64,000 nt of DNA from Octopus sinensis (taxonomy: Eukaryota), in assembly GCF_006345805.1 (NCBI RefSeq), contig NC_043008.1, positions 21,762,001 through 21,826,000 on the forward strand. The letters are read 5' to 3'. Each line of letters begins with the position of its first letter. Positions within the stretch are counted from its first letter, which is position 1. The notes under the pieces were generated by a model. The model saw only the letters and a program-made list of their open reading frames with translations. It ran no database searches and was not told where the DNA came from. The position numbers and the translations under genes were made by a program. Below are positions 12,145 to 25,989 of this stretch, piece after piece.

Positions 12145-13157
12145 ATAGAACCTGGTAATGGCTGCAGAAATGAGACTTAAAAGAGCCCTGTGAGGCATTA
12201 GTGTGCAGCGCTCAAGATCAAGCTCTCAGAACAAACTACTCCAAATATCACAATGATAAAAGCACTGACTTGCCACAATGTAGGATGTGCTCTGAGAAGA
12301 GAGAAAGTACAACGCACAACGTGAATATAAAAGGAGACACGACAATGTGAGCAGATACGTCTACTGGCTGTTGTGCAGGAAGCCTAACAATGGTATGAAC
12401 ACAAGCGAGCTGGCAGAATCGTTAGCACGCCGGGCAAAATGCGTAGCCGTATTTCGTCTGCCGTTACGTTCTGAGTTCAAATTCCGCCGAGGTCGACTTT
12501 GCCTTTCATCCTTTCGGGTTCGATAAATTAAGTACCAGTTTTGCACTGGGGTCGATGTCATCGACTTAATCCTTTTGTCTGTCCTTATTTGTCCCCTCTG
12601 TGTTTAGCCCCTTGTGGGTAGTAAAGAAATAGGTATGAACACAAGCCAGAGGCAGTAATGGAAAACGAACATCACAAAATATTCTGGGATTTTAACATGC
12701 AGTGCGACCAAGTCATAGAAGCGAGACGACCAGATATCGTGATCATCCATCAAGATGAAAAAGAAATAAAGACAATAGATGTTACAATACCAGACGATTC
12801 TTGGGTGAAATGTAAGGAAACAGAAGAAATTGTGAAATACCAGTTACTGTGGGATGAAATAGGAAAGTTATGGAGCTTGAGGAAAGTAATGGTTATACCG
12901 GTGGTAATTAGAGCATTAGGATCAATTTTCCAAGGGCTTTGAAAAACATATTAAGAATATTGGAGCTGCTGTCAGGCTTGAAGTGATCCAGAAGACAGCA
13001 TTGTTGGGTACATCTCGCATTCTAAGGAGAGTGTTGTCTCTTTGAGTCACAGGAGAAGGCACAACTTGAAACCATTGGTGATTTATTGTATCCTGCTTTC
13101 AAGTAACGAATAACCGGTAATTAAGAACTACCTGAGAGGCTTACATAATAGAAAAAT
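12145..13157 (+). mobile_element. R4/Dong-like LINE 3' remnant (zinc knuckle plus restriction-like endonuclease)
   Basis: Translates to AQDQALRTNY, CRMC, RRHDNV, WYEHKP, KIFWDFNMQCDQVIEARRPDIVI, IDVTIP, IQKTALLGTSRILRRVLSL*; ends in (TAA)n. Confidence 0.85.
12407..12631 (+). mobile_element. SINE family A inserted in the LINE remnant
   Basis: TSD ggtatgaacacaagc at 12392-12406 and 12632-12646. Confidence 0.92.
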
Positions 13158-13159
13158 AA

Positions 13160-13977
<818 letters not shown>

Positions 13978-14009
13978 GCCCCTAAGTGACGATTCTGCAA
14001 CGATGAGAT

Positions 14010-14771
14010 TGAAAGAGTGGACCACCTAATTTCTGCATGTAAAGTTTTACCACCAGTGAAGTATAAAGCACGACATGACAGAGTTGACCAATATCTACAC
14101 TGGTTAATAAGTCGGCGTAATAAAATCTAAACTGGTGACAAATTATATAAGCTCCACCCTGAGGCTGTAACTGAGGGAGAAAATGTAACGATTCTATGGG
14201 ACTTTCCACTACATACAGATAGAACCATCAAAGCTAATAAACCGGATATTGTTGTGAAAGACCAAAATCCTTGCGATTATGATATCGCGGCAAAAATTTT
14301 GAGAAGCTCACAAAATATATATTTGCTCACTTAAATCGGAAAAAGCGGCATCTCAAGACGGTTATAATACCTATTTCGTTACTACCCACGAGGGGCTAAA
14401 CACAGAGAGAACAAACAAGGAAAGACAAACGGATAAAGTCGATTATATTTCGACCCCAGTGCGTAACTGGTACTTAATTTATCGACCCCGAAAGGATGAA
14501 AGGCAAATTCGACCTCGGCGAAATTTGAACTCAGAACATAACGGCAGACGAAATACGGCTACGCATTTCGCCCGGCGTGCTAACGTTTCTGCCAGCTCGC
14601 CGCCTGATATAATACTGATATAAGACGGTTATAATACCAGTGATTGTAGGAGCAATTGTTGAAACTGGAAATTATTTAAGAATGATCCCTGGGTTACTAT
14701 CCATGCAAGAGGTGTAAAATTTTGTTTTAACTGTTACGTCATACGTATTGAGAAGAGCATCGTCGCTGTGA
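14010..14771 (+). mobile_element. R4/Dong-like LINE 3' remnant (second subfamily)
   Basis: ERVDHLISAC..ARHDRV..LHW..HPEAVTEGENVTILWDFPLHTDRTIKANKPDIVVKD. Confidence 0.85.
14372..14604 (-). mobile_element. SINE family A inserted in the LINE remnant
   Basis: 17-bp TSD aagacggttataatacc at 14355-14371 and 14622-14638, with a short filler at 14605-14621. Confidence 0.92.
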
Positions 14772-15059
14772 GAACGATAAAGCCCCATGTAATTTTTTAA
14801 AATCTTTTTTCATTCATTTTCCTTTTTTTCATTCACGTTACTCGACTTTGTAAGTGGACAATCTAGTGTGTTTATCTTTTCGAATTCTCAAACTGAGATT
14901 TTCTCAGCCTATCCAATCCACCGAAATTGGCACCTTTGGGTATAACAGAATTCATTACGAGGTTTGCCATAAGATTTAGCTTGTATGATGCTCTAGACCA
15001 ACCTATGCAGTAGGTTCTCAGATAGAACTAAATTGGATGCTTTCCTGTTTTTCACACTC

Positions 15060-15456
15060 AATACTCTTTACTCTTTTACTTGTCATATGACTGCGGCCAT
15101 GCTGGAGCACCGCCTTTAGTCGAACAAATCCACCCCGGGACTTATTCTTTGTAAGCCCTATCGGTCTCTTTTGCCGAACCACTAAGTGACGGGGACGTAA
15201 ACACACCAGCATCGATTGTCAAGCAATGCTAGGGGGACAAACACAGACACACAAACATATACACACACACTGATATATATATACATATATACGACAGGCT
15301 TCTTTCAGTTTCCGTCTACCAAATCCACTCACAAGGCATTGGTCGGCCCGGGGCTATAGCAGAAGACACTTGCCCAAGATGCCACGCAGTGGGACTGAAC
15401 CCGGAACCATGTGGTTGGTTAGCAAGCTACTTACCACACAGCCACTCCTGCGCCTA
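15060..15456 (-). mobile_element. SINE family B, near full length
   Basis: Reverse complement of taggcgcaggagtggctgtgtggtaag...aagtaaaagagtaaaagag. Confidence 0.9.
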
Positions 15457-15639
15457 TGTATATTCTGTTTTAGTTAGTGTATTTAATTTTTAATCAGTCT
15501 GTCGTAAATCGTCATCACTCTCCCACTGAGTATAGAACTTCATTTGTCCAGTCGCGCACATTTTGTAAATCTCACGTTCTTTAGCATTCGTTGTATTCAA
15601 TCATATCTCTTTGAACTCATGTGGCTAATAAAGAAAATG

Positions 15640-15838
15640 TCGTCGTTATCATCATCGTCATCGTCATCATCATCATCATCATCATCATCATTATCATCAT
15701 CATCATCATCATCATTATCATCATCATCATCATCATCATCATTGTTATTATTATTATGATTATTATTATGATTATTATTATTATCATTATTATTATGATT
15801 ATTATTATCATCATTATCATTATTATTATTATTATTAC

Positions 15839-15915
<77 letters not shown>
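15640..15915. repeat. Compound (ATC)n/(ATT)n/(AGT)n microsatellite
   Basis: Direct. Confidence 0.95.
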
Positions 15916-15918
<3 letters not shown>

Positions 15919-16214
15919 ATTGCCTTTCTCTTCTTCATCATCCATGTTGCTGATGTTAATGATGTGTGCTTAATATTAATAAGTCCTGCAACGTAATGAA
16001 GCGACCAGATTGTCTCTCGGTACAGAAAGAACAAAAGATTCTCACTGCGTATCTAATGAAATCCAGCATTTGACAAAGGAAGTAGCCATGCAATTAAAGG
16101 GCTGTGAGATTAAAGCAGGTGAACTTTCTGTAACATTCTATATCGGAAAATTTAAAATCCTGTTCAAATTATATAATGACAGACAGCTGAACCAGAAAGA
16201 TAGATAGCTTTAAA

Positions 16215-16409
<195 letters not shown>

Positions 16410-17187
16410 GAGGATTTGAGCGTGAAATAATAAAGTGAAAGAGAAGAAGGTGAGAAAAGGAGAATAAATTTGAACTTCTTGGTGAGAATTTGTCGATTGA
16501 TTTTAATTTTAGTTCGTTACGTATTAGAATTACACTTGCGAGGATCATAATTTCGCCATAAATTGTACGTTTCGAAACATTAATTGTATATAACGAGAAA
16601 TTTAGTTTAGTTTCTATCTTTCGCGTTGAACTTTTCGAACTTTATTTGTGCTTTGTTGAATTAATTTAGTTTTCAGGTTGAGTCCTAAATTCGATATCAG
16701 GTTTCATATTCTGATGGAGGTTAATACCAATGTCATTGACCACTGTATGTAAGCGATATTTTATTTTATAGAATCGGGAGGATTAAAAGGATATTTGAAC
16801 ATGGTGGGAGTTGGAGTGAAAACGTGAAGTGCTGTAATTAATTAACGCGAAGTGTTGCATATTTCCAGTCTTCCACCGACTCTCCCACTCACTTCCATTT
16901 TCCTATATAGATTTATAACCGAGAAGCAAGACCTCATATTATGTAAATCGAACAATATGATTGATTTAGATCAGCCACAGTCCATAATTGGTATTCTGAT
17001 TTATCGTTTCCAGATAGACGAGATTGAGAGGAATAACAAAAGGTTGAGTCTTCGATGTGTTTATGAAGAAAAGTATCAAAAACCATGGGAATGTAACATA
17101 TATTAAAAATACTGTCAAGGAAAGAAATCACCTTCTAACGCCTCTTGAGAGACTTGTATGCGGATAAAGATACGACTGAATTGGTCA

Positions 17188-17214
17188 GCTATAATATAAA
17201 TCCCGTTCTGTGTG

Positions 17215-17247
<33 letters not shown>

Positions 17248-18777
17248 ATATGTGTGTGTGTGTGTGTGCGTGTGTGTGTGTGTGTAAAATATTATAACGG
17301 CTGTATTTTTCAACTGAATTTTCTCCAAACTGGGAACATACATTGCTTATGTTCCAAGGCTGGTTTTAGACTCTTAAAATTTTACACACAATGAGAAGCG
17401 AGCCCCCTGGGGGCAGAAAGCACCTGTTCCTGAGTTATGTGGAGAAGAGAAGAAACTCTTTGCAGAGTAAATTTCAGAAATTGATCATCTCCCTTACATC
17501 TATTGGTTAGGGAAAAAAATATTGCTTTTTATATTAGATTCACGTCTTTGAAAGTTTAAAAAAATATTTACTTCCGGATTTCTAGCGTCAGTGACGTCTA
17601 TAACTCTCTATCCATTTCTATCTATCGCTATCTCTAAATCTCTCTAACTATATCTCTTTATCCATCTCTGTCGTTATATCTATCTCTCTATATCTTATCT
17701 ATCTATTTTATTTGTCTAACTAGCTATCTCTTTTCCCCTCTCTCTACATCTCACTCACTTTCTATTGTTTTCACTTTAATTTTTAAGACGCTATTGTTTT
17801 CACTGTAAGTTTTCAATTGTTATTTACAAACAACGACAGATTACTAACAGAAAGAAGTTCACATTTACTGATGAGAATAATTTCACACATAACTTACTGA
17901 TAGAAGTAACTTGATAAATTTCTCTTCAATCCATACACGTCTCTGTACAGGGAAAGATAGACAGCTGTAGAAAGGGAAGCATACAAAGTAATGAACAGAC
18001 TGTGCACTACAATAGCCAGAACATCTCAAAGTGATGAACAGAGGTATGCACATCTGACAAGGAATAGGATCTCCACTGCAGACCGAAGAGGAGTTACAAC
18101 AGCTGAGAGAAGCAAATTCTATGAAGCAGCTTTCAATTATGAACAAGCAGTTCATTATGCAGATGACACTAGATTTTTTCCATTAGTGCAATGACAACTG
18201 AGTGCATACATTGTAAAGCAAAGAAGTGACTTGGAGAGATACCGGCACTGTAATGCAGTGGTGGAAAGGTTAAACTCCCTGCAATACCCCAACCTCCAGA
18301 GCCACTGATGAGACGGTCGTCATCAACTGACCAAGATTCCAAGCACTTCCAAAACAAAATTAGACAATACAATGTTGCACTACAATTAACAAGAGATTTA
18401 ACTGAGCCAGGATTCATGCAAACTTTCAAGAACCAAGGTCAGATTTATCATCGGATTATCTCTCTACTACTTCTGTCAAATGAATCACCAAAATCGGCCT
18501 TTCATCGTTTATAATGTGTCTGGTTTTTGGTTATGAAATAAGCTACACAAAACGTGTTTTTGAATTACGTGTTTTTAATTTATATACATATATGAGTTGA
18601 ACACTTTCTTTTAACATTTCATTTAACGTCTATGTTCCATGTTGGCATGGGTTAGAGTATTATTAATGTAGAAATTTTGTATCTCAGCTACTAGCAGTTG
18701 AGACCTGCGTAAACTAGACGGCGTTTTAAAATTTCATTATTCTCTTTAACCCAGGCAACGCTGGGTATTTCTGCTAG
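17188..18777 (+). mobile_element. Internally deleted Helitron with RepHel N-terminal pseudo-ORF
   Basis: About 18185-18480 translates to MTTECIHCKAKK*LGE..*CSGGKVKLP..PPEPL..SKHFQNKIRQYN..GFMQTFKNQGQIYHRI, typical of the Helitron RepHel N-terminal region. The 3' end has a hairpin ccaggcaacgctggg and CTAG|T. The 5' end (ctataatataaat plus microsatellite) is approximate. Confidence 0.8.
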
Positions 18778-19050
18778 TTAATATATAAGAGAATAGCTGA
18801 CTTATCCATGTCATGAATTAAATCTTAGATAATAAAATATGGTTGAGTTGGAGAGAGCCCTATGACTGTACGCCGTGCCAACGTGATCGATTTTGAAGTT
18901 TACGAACCATAAGCAGGTAATGTTTTTGGTAATTTGAGAAATATTAGGGTACTACTTCGGTCAACGGTTTGGCTGATACACATAGTATAATGCAGTGTCA
19001 TTTCTGATGTTCTCCACTCATACATACATACACGCATGCATGCATACATA

Positions 19051-19309
19051 CACTGGCGAAAATAAATTTAAGACCGATGATAAAAGTTCAATTTCTTACA
19101 AAATATTTTGTTACTATCACCATACAAGTTTAATTTAGCATTAGAATTTTTCAAGTTCTATAAAAATAGTTATTGCCTGCATCGTTCGAAAGAGAAATAT
19201 ATTCTGCATAAGGTGTAAAGGATAAAAATGATTTGTATGGTGTTAGTAACAAAATATTTTCTAAGAAATAGAATTTTTATCATCGGTCTTAAATTTATTT
19301 TCGCCAGTG
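19051..19309. mobile_element. Tc1/mariner-type MITE
   Basis: Roughly 80-bp imperfect TIRs cactggcgaaaataaatttaagaccgatgataaaa; TA on both sides. Confidence 0.85.
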
Positions 19310-19686
19310 TACATACATACATACATACATACATACATACATACATACATACATACATACATACATACATACATACATGCATACATATGTATATGTGTGT
19401 GTGTGTGTGCAAAACTTTTAATAGTAATGTCAAATACAATTTCAAATGTGTACATAATTTTGCCGCATAAGTAGCATAGACCCATAGTAAAGATATTAAA
19501 CGATGTTCTACAGTATATTTCCTGTGCTTGATTGTTTTAATCACGCAAATTGCCATTAAAAATCTCATTTATTACATTTCAAACTCATCAGTTTACTGTG
19601 CAAAATGTTTTAAAGCTAGTACTTCAATATTTAGAAAAATTGATATTTCTAAGTCTCTCTAAAGGAGACTACGGCAGCAGTACTGG

Positions 19687-20117
19687 ATATTAATAGTTAT
19701 CGCCAAGCTATCATGGCAGTCCAGAAAAATAGGACGAATGCTGCCGTTGATTAGCTCCAAGAGGCCATCGCCTCTAGCTAGCTATGTGACACACGAACCT
19801 GTGTCCATTATAACCTTCGAACAGAGGAGGTCAGCCGCTTCCCCTTGCTGGTCTGGTATCTACAGACTAGTTTCAGGGTATTTGCCCCTTATCAATGTAG
19901 AGTAGCCGATACATTTGATAAGGGGAAAATACCCTGAAACTAGTCTGCACATACCTGACCAGCAAGGGGAGGCGGCTGACCTCCCTTGTTCGAAAATGGA
20001 CACAGGTTCGTGTGTCGCATAGCTTGCTAGAGGCGATGGTCTCTTGGAGCTAATCAACGGCACCATTCGTCCTATTTCCCTGGACTGCCATTTTAGCTTA
20101 GCGATGACTATCAATAT
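19687..20117. mobile_element. ~430-bp imperfect palindrome: two head-to-head arms, each starting with a hammerhead-like motif
   Basis: Arms are reverse complements over about 210 bp around a centre near 19903. Confidence 0.85.
19860..19900 (-). ncRNA. Minimal type I hammerhead-like motif, U3-A8 core variant
   Basis: CUACA-UUGAUAA-GGGG(CAAAUA)CCCU-GAAAC-UA-GUC-UGUAG: perfect stem I, palindromic ACUAGU helix III, GUC site. A more decayed plus-strand copy lies at 19910-19950. Confidence 0.7.
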
Positions 20118-20254
20118 ACTTTAATATTTCATATCCATATAAATATTATACTAGGTTAGCAAATATATTTAAAGGACGACTTTATCAGTATTTGTATTCT
20201 TCCAAAATTTCGAAAAGTGTCAAGACATTAATTTATCAAAATGCAAATGCATTC

Positions 20255-20462
20255 TACTAGAGGTACATAACCTGCAATTATGGGGGTCGGGATAAGTCGA
20301 TAACATCAACGCCACTGCTCAACTGGTACTCCTTTTTTCGACCCCGAAAGGTTGAAAGGCAAAGTCGACTTCTGCAGAATTTGAACTCAGATCGTAGAGA
20401 CAGATAGAATGTTATGAAGCATTTTATCCGGCGTGCTAACGATTCTGCCAACTCGCCGCCTT
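20255..20462 (-). mobile_element. Older family A-type SINE
   Basis: gaaaggcaaagtcgac..atttgaactcag..gattctgccaactcgccgcc. Confidence 0.8.
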
Positions 20463-20654
20463 AAATGTAAATTTAGCCTTGGTAGGTTTTAAACTGAGAG
20501 TGTAGAGAGCCGGGACGTTTACTGCAAAGCAATCTGACTGGTGCTCTAAGGAATCTCTCAATTAGGCATCATAATTTTGGAAAATAATAATAAATTATAA
20601 AAATTGCGTGTAGCATATTATATCATACCAAACATTATGAACAGGGTAATAGCA

Positions 20655-20941
20655 AATTATTTACATTCGACAGATATTTATCCTCATATTGTTTCTTAAC
20701 ACAACGTTTCGGCTGATATACCCTCCAGACTTCATCAGGTGTCTTGGGGAAATTTCGAACCTGGGTTCTCATTCCTAAAGTATTATTATTATTATTAATA
20801 TTATTATTATTATTAATATTATTATTATTAATATTATTATTCAGGTCTCTGCCTGAAATCGAACTCGGAATCTTGTGATTAGTAGCCTGCGCTCTTAACC
20901 ACTACACCATATAACCACGGGCATATGGCGTAGTGGTTAAA
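20655..20941 (-). mobile_element. tRNA-headed element carrying a hammerhead, with 5' inversion and 10-bp TSD
   Basis: A box 20899-20909, B box 20855-20866, (AAT)n spacer, hammerhead 20698-20743, inverted copy of the head at 20923-20940, TSD ggtaatagca at 20645-20654 and 20942-20951. Confidence 0.8.
20698..20743 (-). ncRNA. Minimal type I hammerhead motif
   Basis: GACAC-CUGAUGA-A-GUCUG(GAGGGUAUAU)CAGCC-GAAACGU-U-GUGUU: canonical core, 5-bp stem I, one mismatch in stem II, palindromic ACGU helix III. Confidence 0.75.
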
Positions 20942-21434
20942 GGTAATAGCAGTTGAAATTTTTATTTTCCAGATTAAAAAAAAAAATTATATTGCTTTCT
21001 GTGATTTCTATCTTGAATAAATATTTAGATTTTATATATTCTATCCTTATAAATCGAAATACTGCGAATTATTCAACACCTGAAAAATATTTCTTCATAT
21101 AAAAATTCGTTATTTTTGTTCTATTATATGTAAAAGAGAAGCTAGGGAATTTTCGCACAGACCAATTAGAAAGACGTTCTGATAACATCAAATAGTTGAG
21201 TTTCACTAATGAATAAATTAATTTACATTTTATTTCATCTCATACGATATTTCAATACAAAGACTACTAATTCATGTGATTAGGTGAATCTCAGCTAAAA
21301 CATGACAGTAATACTAGGGTCTATGTAAATTTTTTATCTACATTATACCTGTTATTGAGTTTTCTTTTTTGTCGCCTTCGAATTTTTAGCACAACTATTC
21401 TTTCATATTTGTATGTATATATATATATATATAT

Positions 21435-21810
21435 AGGAGTGGCTGTGTGGTGAGTAGTTTGCTTACCAACCATATGGTTCCTGGTTCATACCCACTGCGT
21501 GGCACCTTGGGCAAGTGTCTTCTACAATAGCCTTGGGCCGACTAAAGCCTTGTGAGTGAATTTGATAGACAGAAACTGTCGTATATATGTATATGTGTGT
21601 GTTTGTGTGTTTGTGTTTGTCCCTCCAACATCGCTTGACAACCGATGCTGGTGATGTATTTACGTCCCCGTAACTTAGCAGTTCGGCAAAAGAGACTGAT
21701 AGAATAAGTACTAGGCTTACAAACAATAAGTCCTGGGGTTGATTTGCTCGACTAAAGGCGGGCTCCAACATGGCCACAGTCAAATGACTGAAACAACTAA
21801 AAGAGTAAAA
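21435..21810 (+). mobile_element. SINE family B
   Basis: Near full-length match to other B copies. Confidence 0.9.
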
Positions 21811-22004
21811 GCGTATATCTGCGTTCGCGTCTGCGTATATATGTTAGTATGTGTGTATGTCAGTGTGTGTGTATGTATGTGTGTTTGTGTGTGACAGTCC
21901 CTCTCCGCCCTCAATGTCCTTTCCATGTGGAACATGAACAATTACGATTTTGAGGAAGACTTAGTTAAGTCGATTACATCAATCTCCCCACCACACACAC
22001 ACAT

Positions 22005-22360
22005 AGAGGCATAGCTGTGTAGTAAGTAGCTTGCTTACCAGCCACATGGTTCCGAGTTCAGTCCCACTTGGGCCAGTATGTTCTATATCTAGGGCCGACC
22101 AAAGGTTTGTGACTCGATTTGGTAGATGGAAACTGAAAGAAGCCCGTCATATATTATATAAATGTGTGTCTGTCTGTCTGTCCCCCCGACATCGCTTGAC
22201 AACCGATGTTGGTGTGTTTACGTCCCCGTAACTTAGCGGTTCGGCAAAAGTGAACGATAGGATAAGTACTAGGCTTACAAAGAATAAATCCTGGGGTCGA
22301 TTTGTTCGACTAAAGGCGGTGCTCCAGCATGGCCGCAGTCAAATGACTGAAACAGATAAC
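22005..22360 (+). mobile_element. SINE family B
   Basis: Match to other B copies with internal deletions. Confidence 0.88.
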
Positions 22361-22369
22361 AGAATAAGT

Positions 22370-23280
22370 TGATGAAGCCTTGACCAAAGAGGAAAATATC
22401 TGTCCTTAATCCTTTCGCCCTCGTCCACCACACAATCTCTTTCACCATAGCCACATGGCATAAGGAGACAGTCACACCCGCCAAACTATCTTATCTTCTG
22501 TCTCTTGTTTTGGTCATTAGACTGTGGCCATGCTGGGGCACCATCTTGAACAATTTTTAGTTCGCTCTCAGAATCGCTCTCAGTACTTAATTTTTTTTCT
22601 TTAGCTTGTTACTTATTCGATCGGTGTCTTATACTGAACCACTAAGTTATGGAGATATAAACAGACCAACACCGGTTGTCAAACGGTAATGGGAACAAAC
22701 ACACACTCATGTATATAAATATATGTGTGTGTGTGCGTGTGTATACATCCCGCGGGCTTCCAGATTCCGCCAACCAACTCCCCTCACAAGGCTTAGGAGT
22801 CGTCTACTATAACCCAAGGCTATAGAAGAAGGGACTTGCCCTAGGTGCTACGCAGTGGGGCTGAACCTAGAACCATGTGGTTAGGAAGCAAACATCTTAC
22901 CATATAGCCACGCCTGCACCTAAATAGCGAACCTTGTGATGGACTTGACCTGTAGCTGGATTCGTCCTGCATTTGACAACAGATCTGTTCGACGTGACTG
23001 TACAAGTCAACTATACTTGGCCACTGGACAGGTTCATGTACTACGTTTTTATTCCTTTACGTACCCCTTGGACAATTCCGCCTGGTGACAGTTCCGTGTC
23101 TGTAGATTTTATTACGCAGAGGTAGCGGCCCTTGGTAACACCGCCCAGCCAAGGACTTTTTAAGATTACCCACTATACTCTTTGTTTGGACTGTCCTTAG
23201 AAACAGAACAGCACACGCTCGGCCTTGTTGATGCTTACAATTTCCCCGCGTACTTCATCGTTTTTGTCCACCATTATATT
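22370..23280 (-). mobile_element. Tx1/L1-like LINE ORF2 C-terminal remnant interrupted by SINE B (22500-22922, minus)
   Basis: KSLAGRCYQGPLPLRNKIYRHG..NCPR..VVH..IVDLYSHVEQ (decayed zinc-knuckle region), then VKEIVWWTRAKGLRTDIFLFGQGFIN, homologous to 29792-29946. Confidence 0.7.
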
Positions 23281-23339
23281 TCTCACTATATTGCTAAAGT
23301 AGAAATATTAACGCTGTTCATGATGATGTTGACGATAAC

Positions 23340-23820
23340 CCTTTCCAATTTTAGCACAAGGCCTACAATTTTGAGGAAGAATTAGGTAAGGCGATCACAT
23401 CAACTTCTGCCCCTCCACACACATACACAGACGCACAGCGCTCAGCTGGTAATTATTGGTGGCAAGTTGGCAGAATCGTTAGCACGCCGGGAGAAATGCG
23501 TAGCCGTATTTCGTCTGCCGTTACGTTCTGAGTTCAAATTCCGCCGAGGTCGACTTTGCCTTTCATCCTTTCGGGGTCGATAAATTAAGTACCAGTTACG
23601 CACTGGAGTCGATGTAATCGACTTAATCCGTTTGTCGGGCCTTGTTTGTCCCCTTGTGTTTAGCCCCTTGTGGGGAGTAAAGAAATAGGTAATTATTTTA
23701 TTGACACCTAAAGGATGATAAGCAAAATCAACTTCGACGGAATTTGAAAAGAGATCATAAGACATGGGAAGAAATGACGCTATGCGTTTTTGCTTGACGT
23801 GCAAAAGACTCTGCTAAATA
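23340..23820. mobile_element. Old minus-strand A-type SINE containing a young plus-strand family A copy (23458-23687)
   Basis: TSD ggtaattatt at 23448-23457 and 23688-23697. Confidence 0.88.
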
Positions 23821-23834
23821 ATAATTATAGTGAT

Positions 23835-24450
23835 CCTTTTTACTAAAGGCAGAGGGCCTGAAATTTTGGTGGAGAGGTGACGGGTAAATTACGTTGACCC
23901 TCAGTGTTTAACTGGTGCTTATTTTATCGACCTCGAAAGGATGTAAGGCAAATTCGACCTCGGTGGAAATTGATTTCAGAACGTAGATACGAACGAAATG
24001 CCGCTAAGCATTTTGTTCTGCGCGCTAACGATTCTTATTTCTTTTTTGCCCACGAGGGGCTAAACATAGAAGGGACAAACAAGGACAGACAAACGGATTA
24101 AGTCGATTGCATCGACCCCAGCGCGTAACTGGTACTTAATTTATCGACCCCGAAAGGATGAAAGGCAAAGTCGACCTCGGCGGAATTTGAACTCAGAACG
24201 TAGCGGCAGACGAAATACCTATTTCTTTACTACCCACACGGGGATAAACACAGAGCAGACAAACAAGGACAGACAGACAGATTAAGTCGATTATATCGTC
24301 CCCAGTGCGTAACTGGTACTTAATTTATCGACCCCGAAAGGATGAAAGGCAAAGTCGACCTGGGCGGAATTTGAACTCAGAACGTAACGGCAGACGAAAA
24401 ACCGGTAAGCATTTCACCCGGCGTGCTAACGTTTCTGCCAGCTCGCCGCC
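23835..24450 (-). mobile_element. Stack of three family A SINE units
   Basis: Young dimer 24036-24450 joined to an older unit 23835-24035. Confidence 0.88.
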
Positions 24451-25989
24451 TTAATAATATTAATAATAATAATAATAATAACAATAATGATAATAATGAT
24501 AATAATAATAATATTAATAATAATAATAATAATAATAATGTTGATAATACTTGCATATGAGGATGTTCATGCAAAGTACATTATCTACGCAGTTGAAACT
24601 CTCATTGAAGCAGTCCCTTAAAATGCTGCCAGCCGCATTTTCCTTGAATATATTAATTATAATGCTGGGTTGCTTCGAGTTCTCTACGTAGTTCGTGATC
24701 TGCGCTTTGTTATCAACGAGTAATACTAGATTATAATATAAATATCACGTCGAGGCCGATGAGGCAACTCGAAATAAAATGATAATATCCACACACACAC
24801 CACACCCCACACCCCGATGCTACCTCCCATAGTCTTTTAGCTTCTGAAATGTTAGCGAAACAGAAAATTTTATCTATTGTGATGTAATGATTGTTCTGCC
24901 TCTCTTCCTTATCTCTCCATCTCTTTTTTGTTTGTTTGTTTGTTTGTTTCTTTCTTTCTTTGTTTCTTTGTTTCTTTCTTTCTTGCTCTGTCTCTTTCCA
25001 TAGCAGTATATGTTCCACAGTCACATCTCTCTCTCTCTCTGTCTCTTTTTAGCCATCTTCCTCAATCTCTCCCTTCAGCGATTGCCTGCTATACTGACTT
25101 TTCACCATTCTTTTAGATAGATTCTTTCATTTTTTTTTTCTTTCTTTTAGTCTCAACTCACAAAGACACATACACAAATTCATTCTATACACACACAGAT
25201 TTTATGTTATGTTACTAGTTTTACGTTCGTAAAATGTTAGTTCACGCTTGACCTGTTGAAACAATCAATAATTAGGTGTTGTAGAAATTTGAAATAACAT
25301 CATGGTTTCGTTCAGAGAAAATTTGGCCAAATTGCAACAAGAAATCGAAGCTTAATTCTGTCTCAAGTATTTTAAACGGAAAGGTTTATATGGAAGCTGT
25401 TGCAAAAATTTAGTTGATAAAATTTGAAACAGGCATTAATTAGGAGAGTTGTAATTTTAGAATAAACCGGGAAATCTCTGGAAGTTAATGGTTAAAGTTT
25501 AGAAAATAGTTAAATTTAATCAATTATATAATGGGGTGGTATGATAATCAGCAAATCTAACGCTCAGAATATTCTGGGGAAAAAATTCCAATGAAATAGA
25601 ATTCTTCTGAAATACCTGAAATAGGTACCCGTTAAATATAGGGAGATGGCTGCAGCAAAAATACAAGAAAAATATCTCTAGCGATGGACAGATCAAATTA
25701 GGTTCTTACTTAACAGCATGAAAACTTGCATCTTGATATTTTATGAAAGCGTAGATACATAAAGAGAGTGCCAGACAACCAACCAAGTGAACAGCCGTTC
25801 GTGTCCTGCAACAAGCAGAACTATACACGGGTATCTAGCTCTAAGCAGGTCTTAGATTTAAATAGGTTCGTAGTTATAAATAGGTATCCAGTTCCAAAGG
25901 GGTACTTAGTCCCAAGAAATTACTACAAGAGTATTAATTCAGTCCTGTATGTGGAAAATGCATTGAAATTGCATGACCATTTTGCTGGT

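Noticed and set aside
18305-18330. ctgatga followed by a gac/gtc stem
   Set aside because: No GAAA follows; lies in the Helitron coding remnant.
23441-23457. ctcagctggtaatt, resembling a miR-216-family sequence
   Set aside because: Part of a decayed SINE and TSD; no precursor hairpin.
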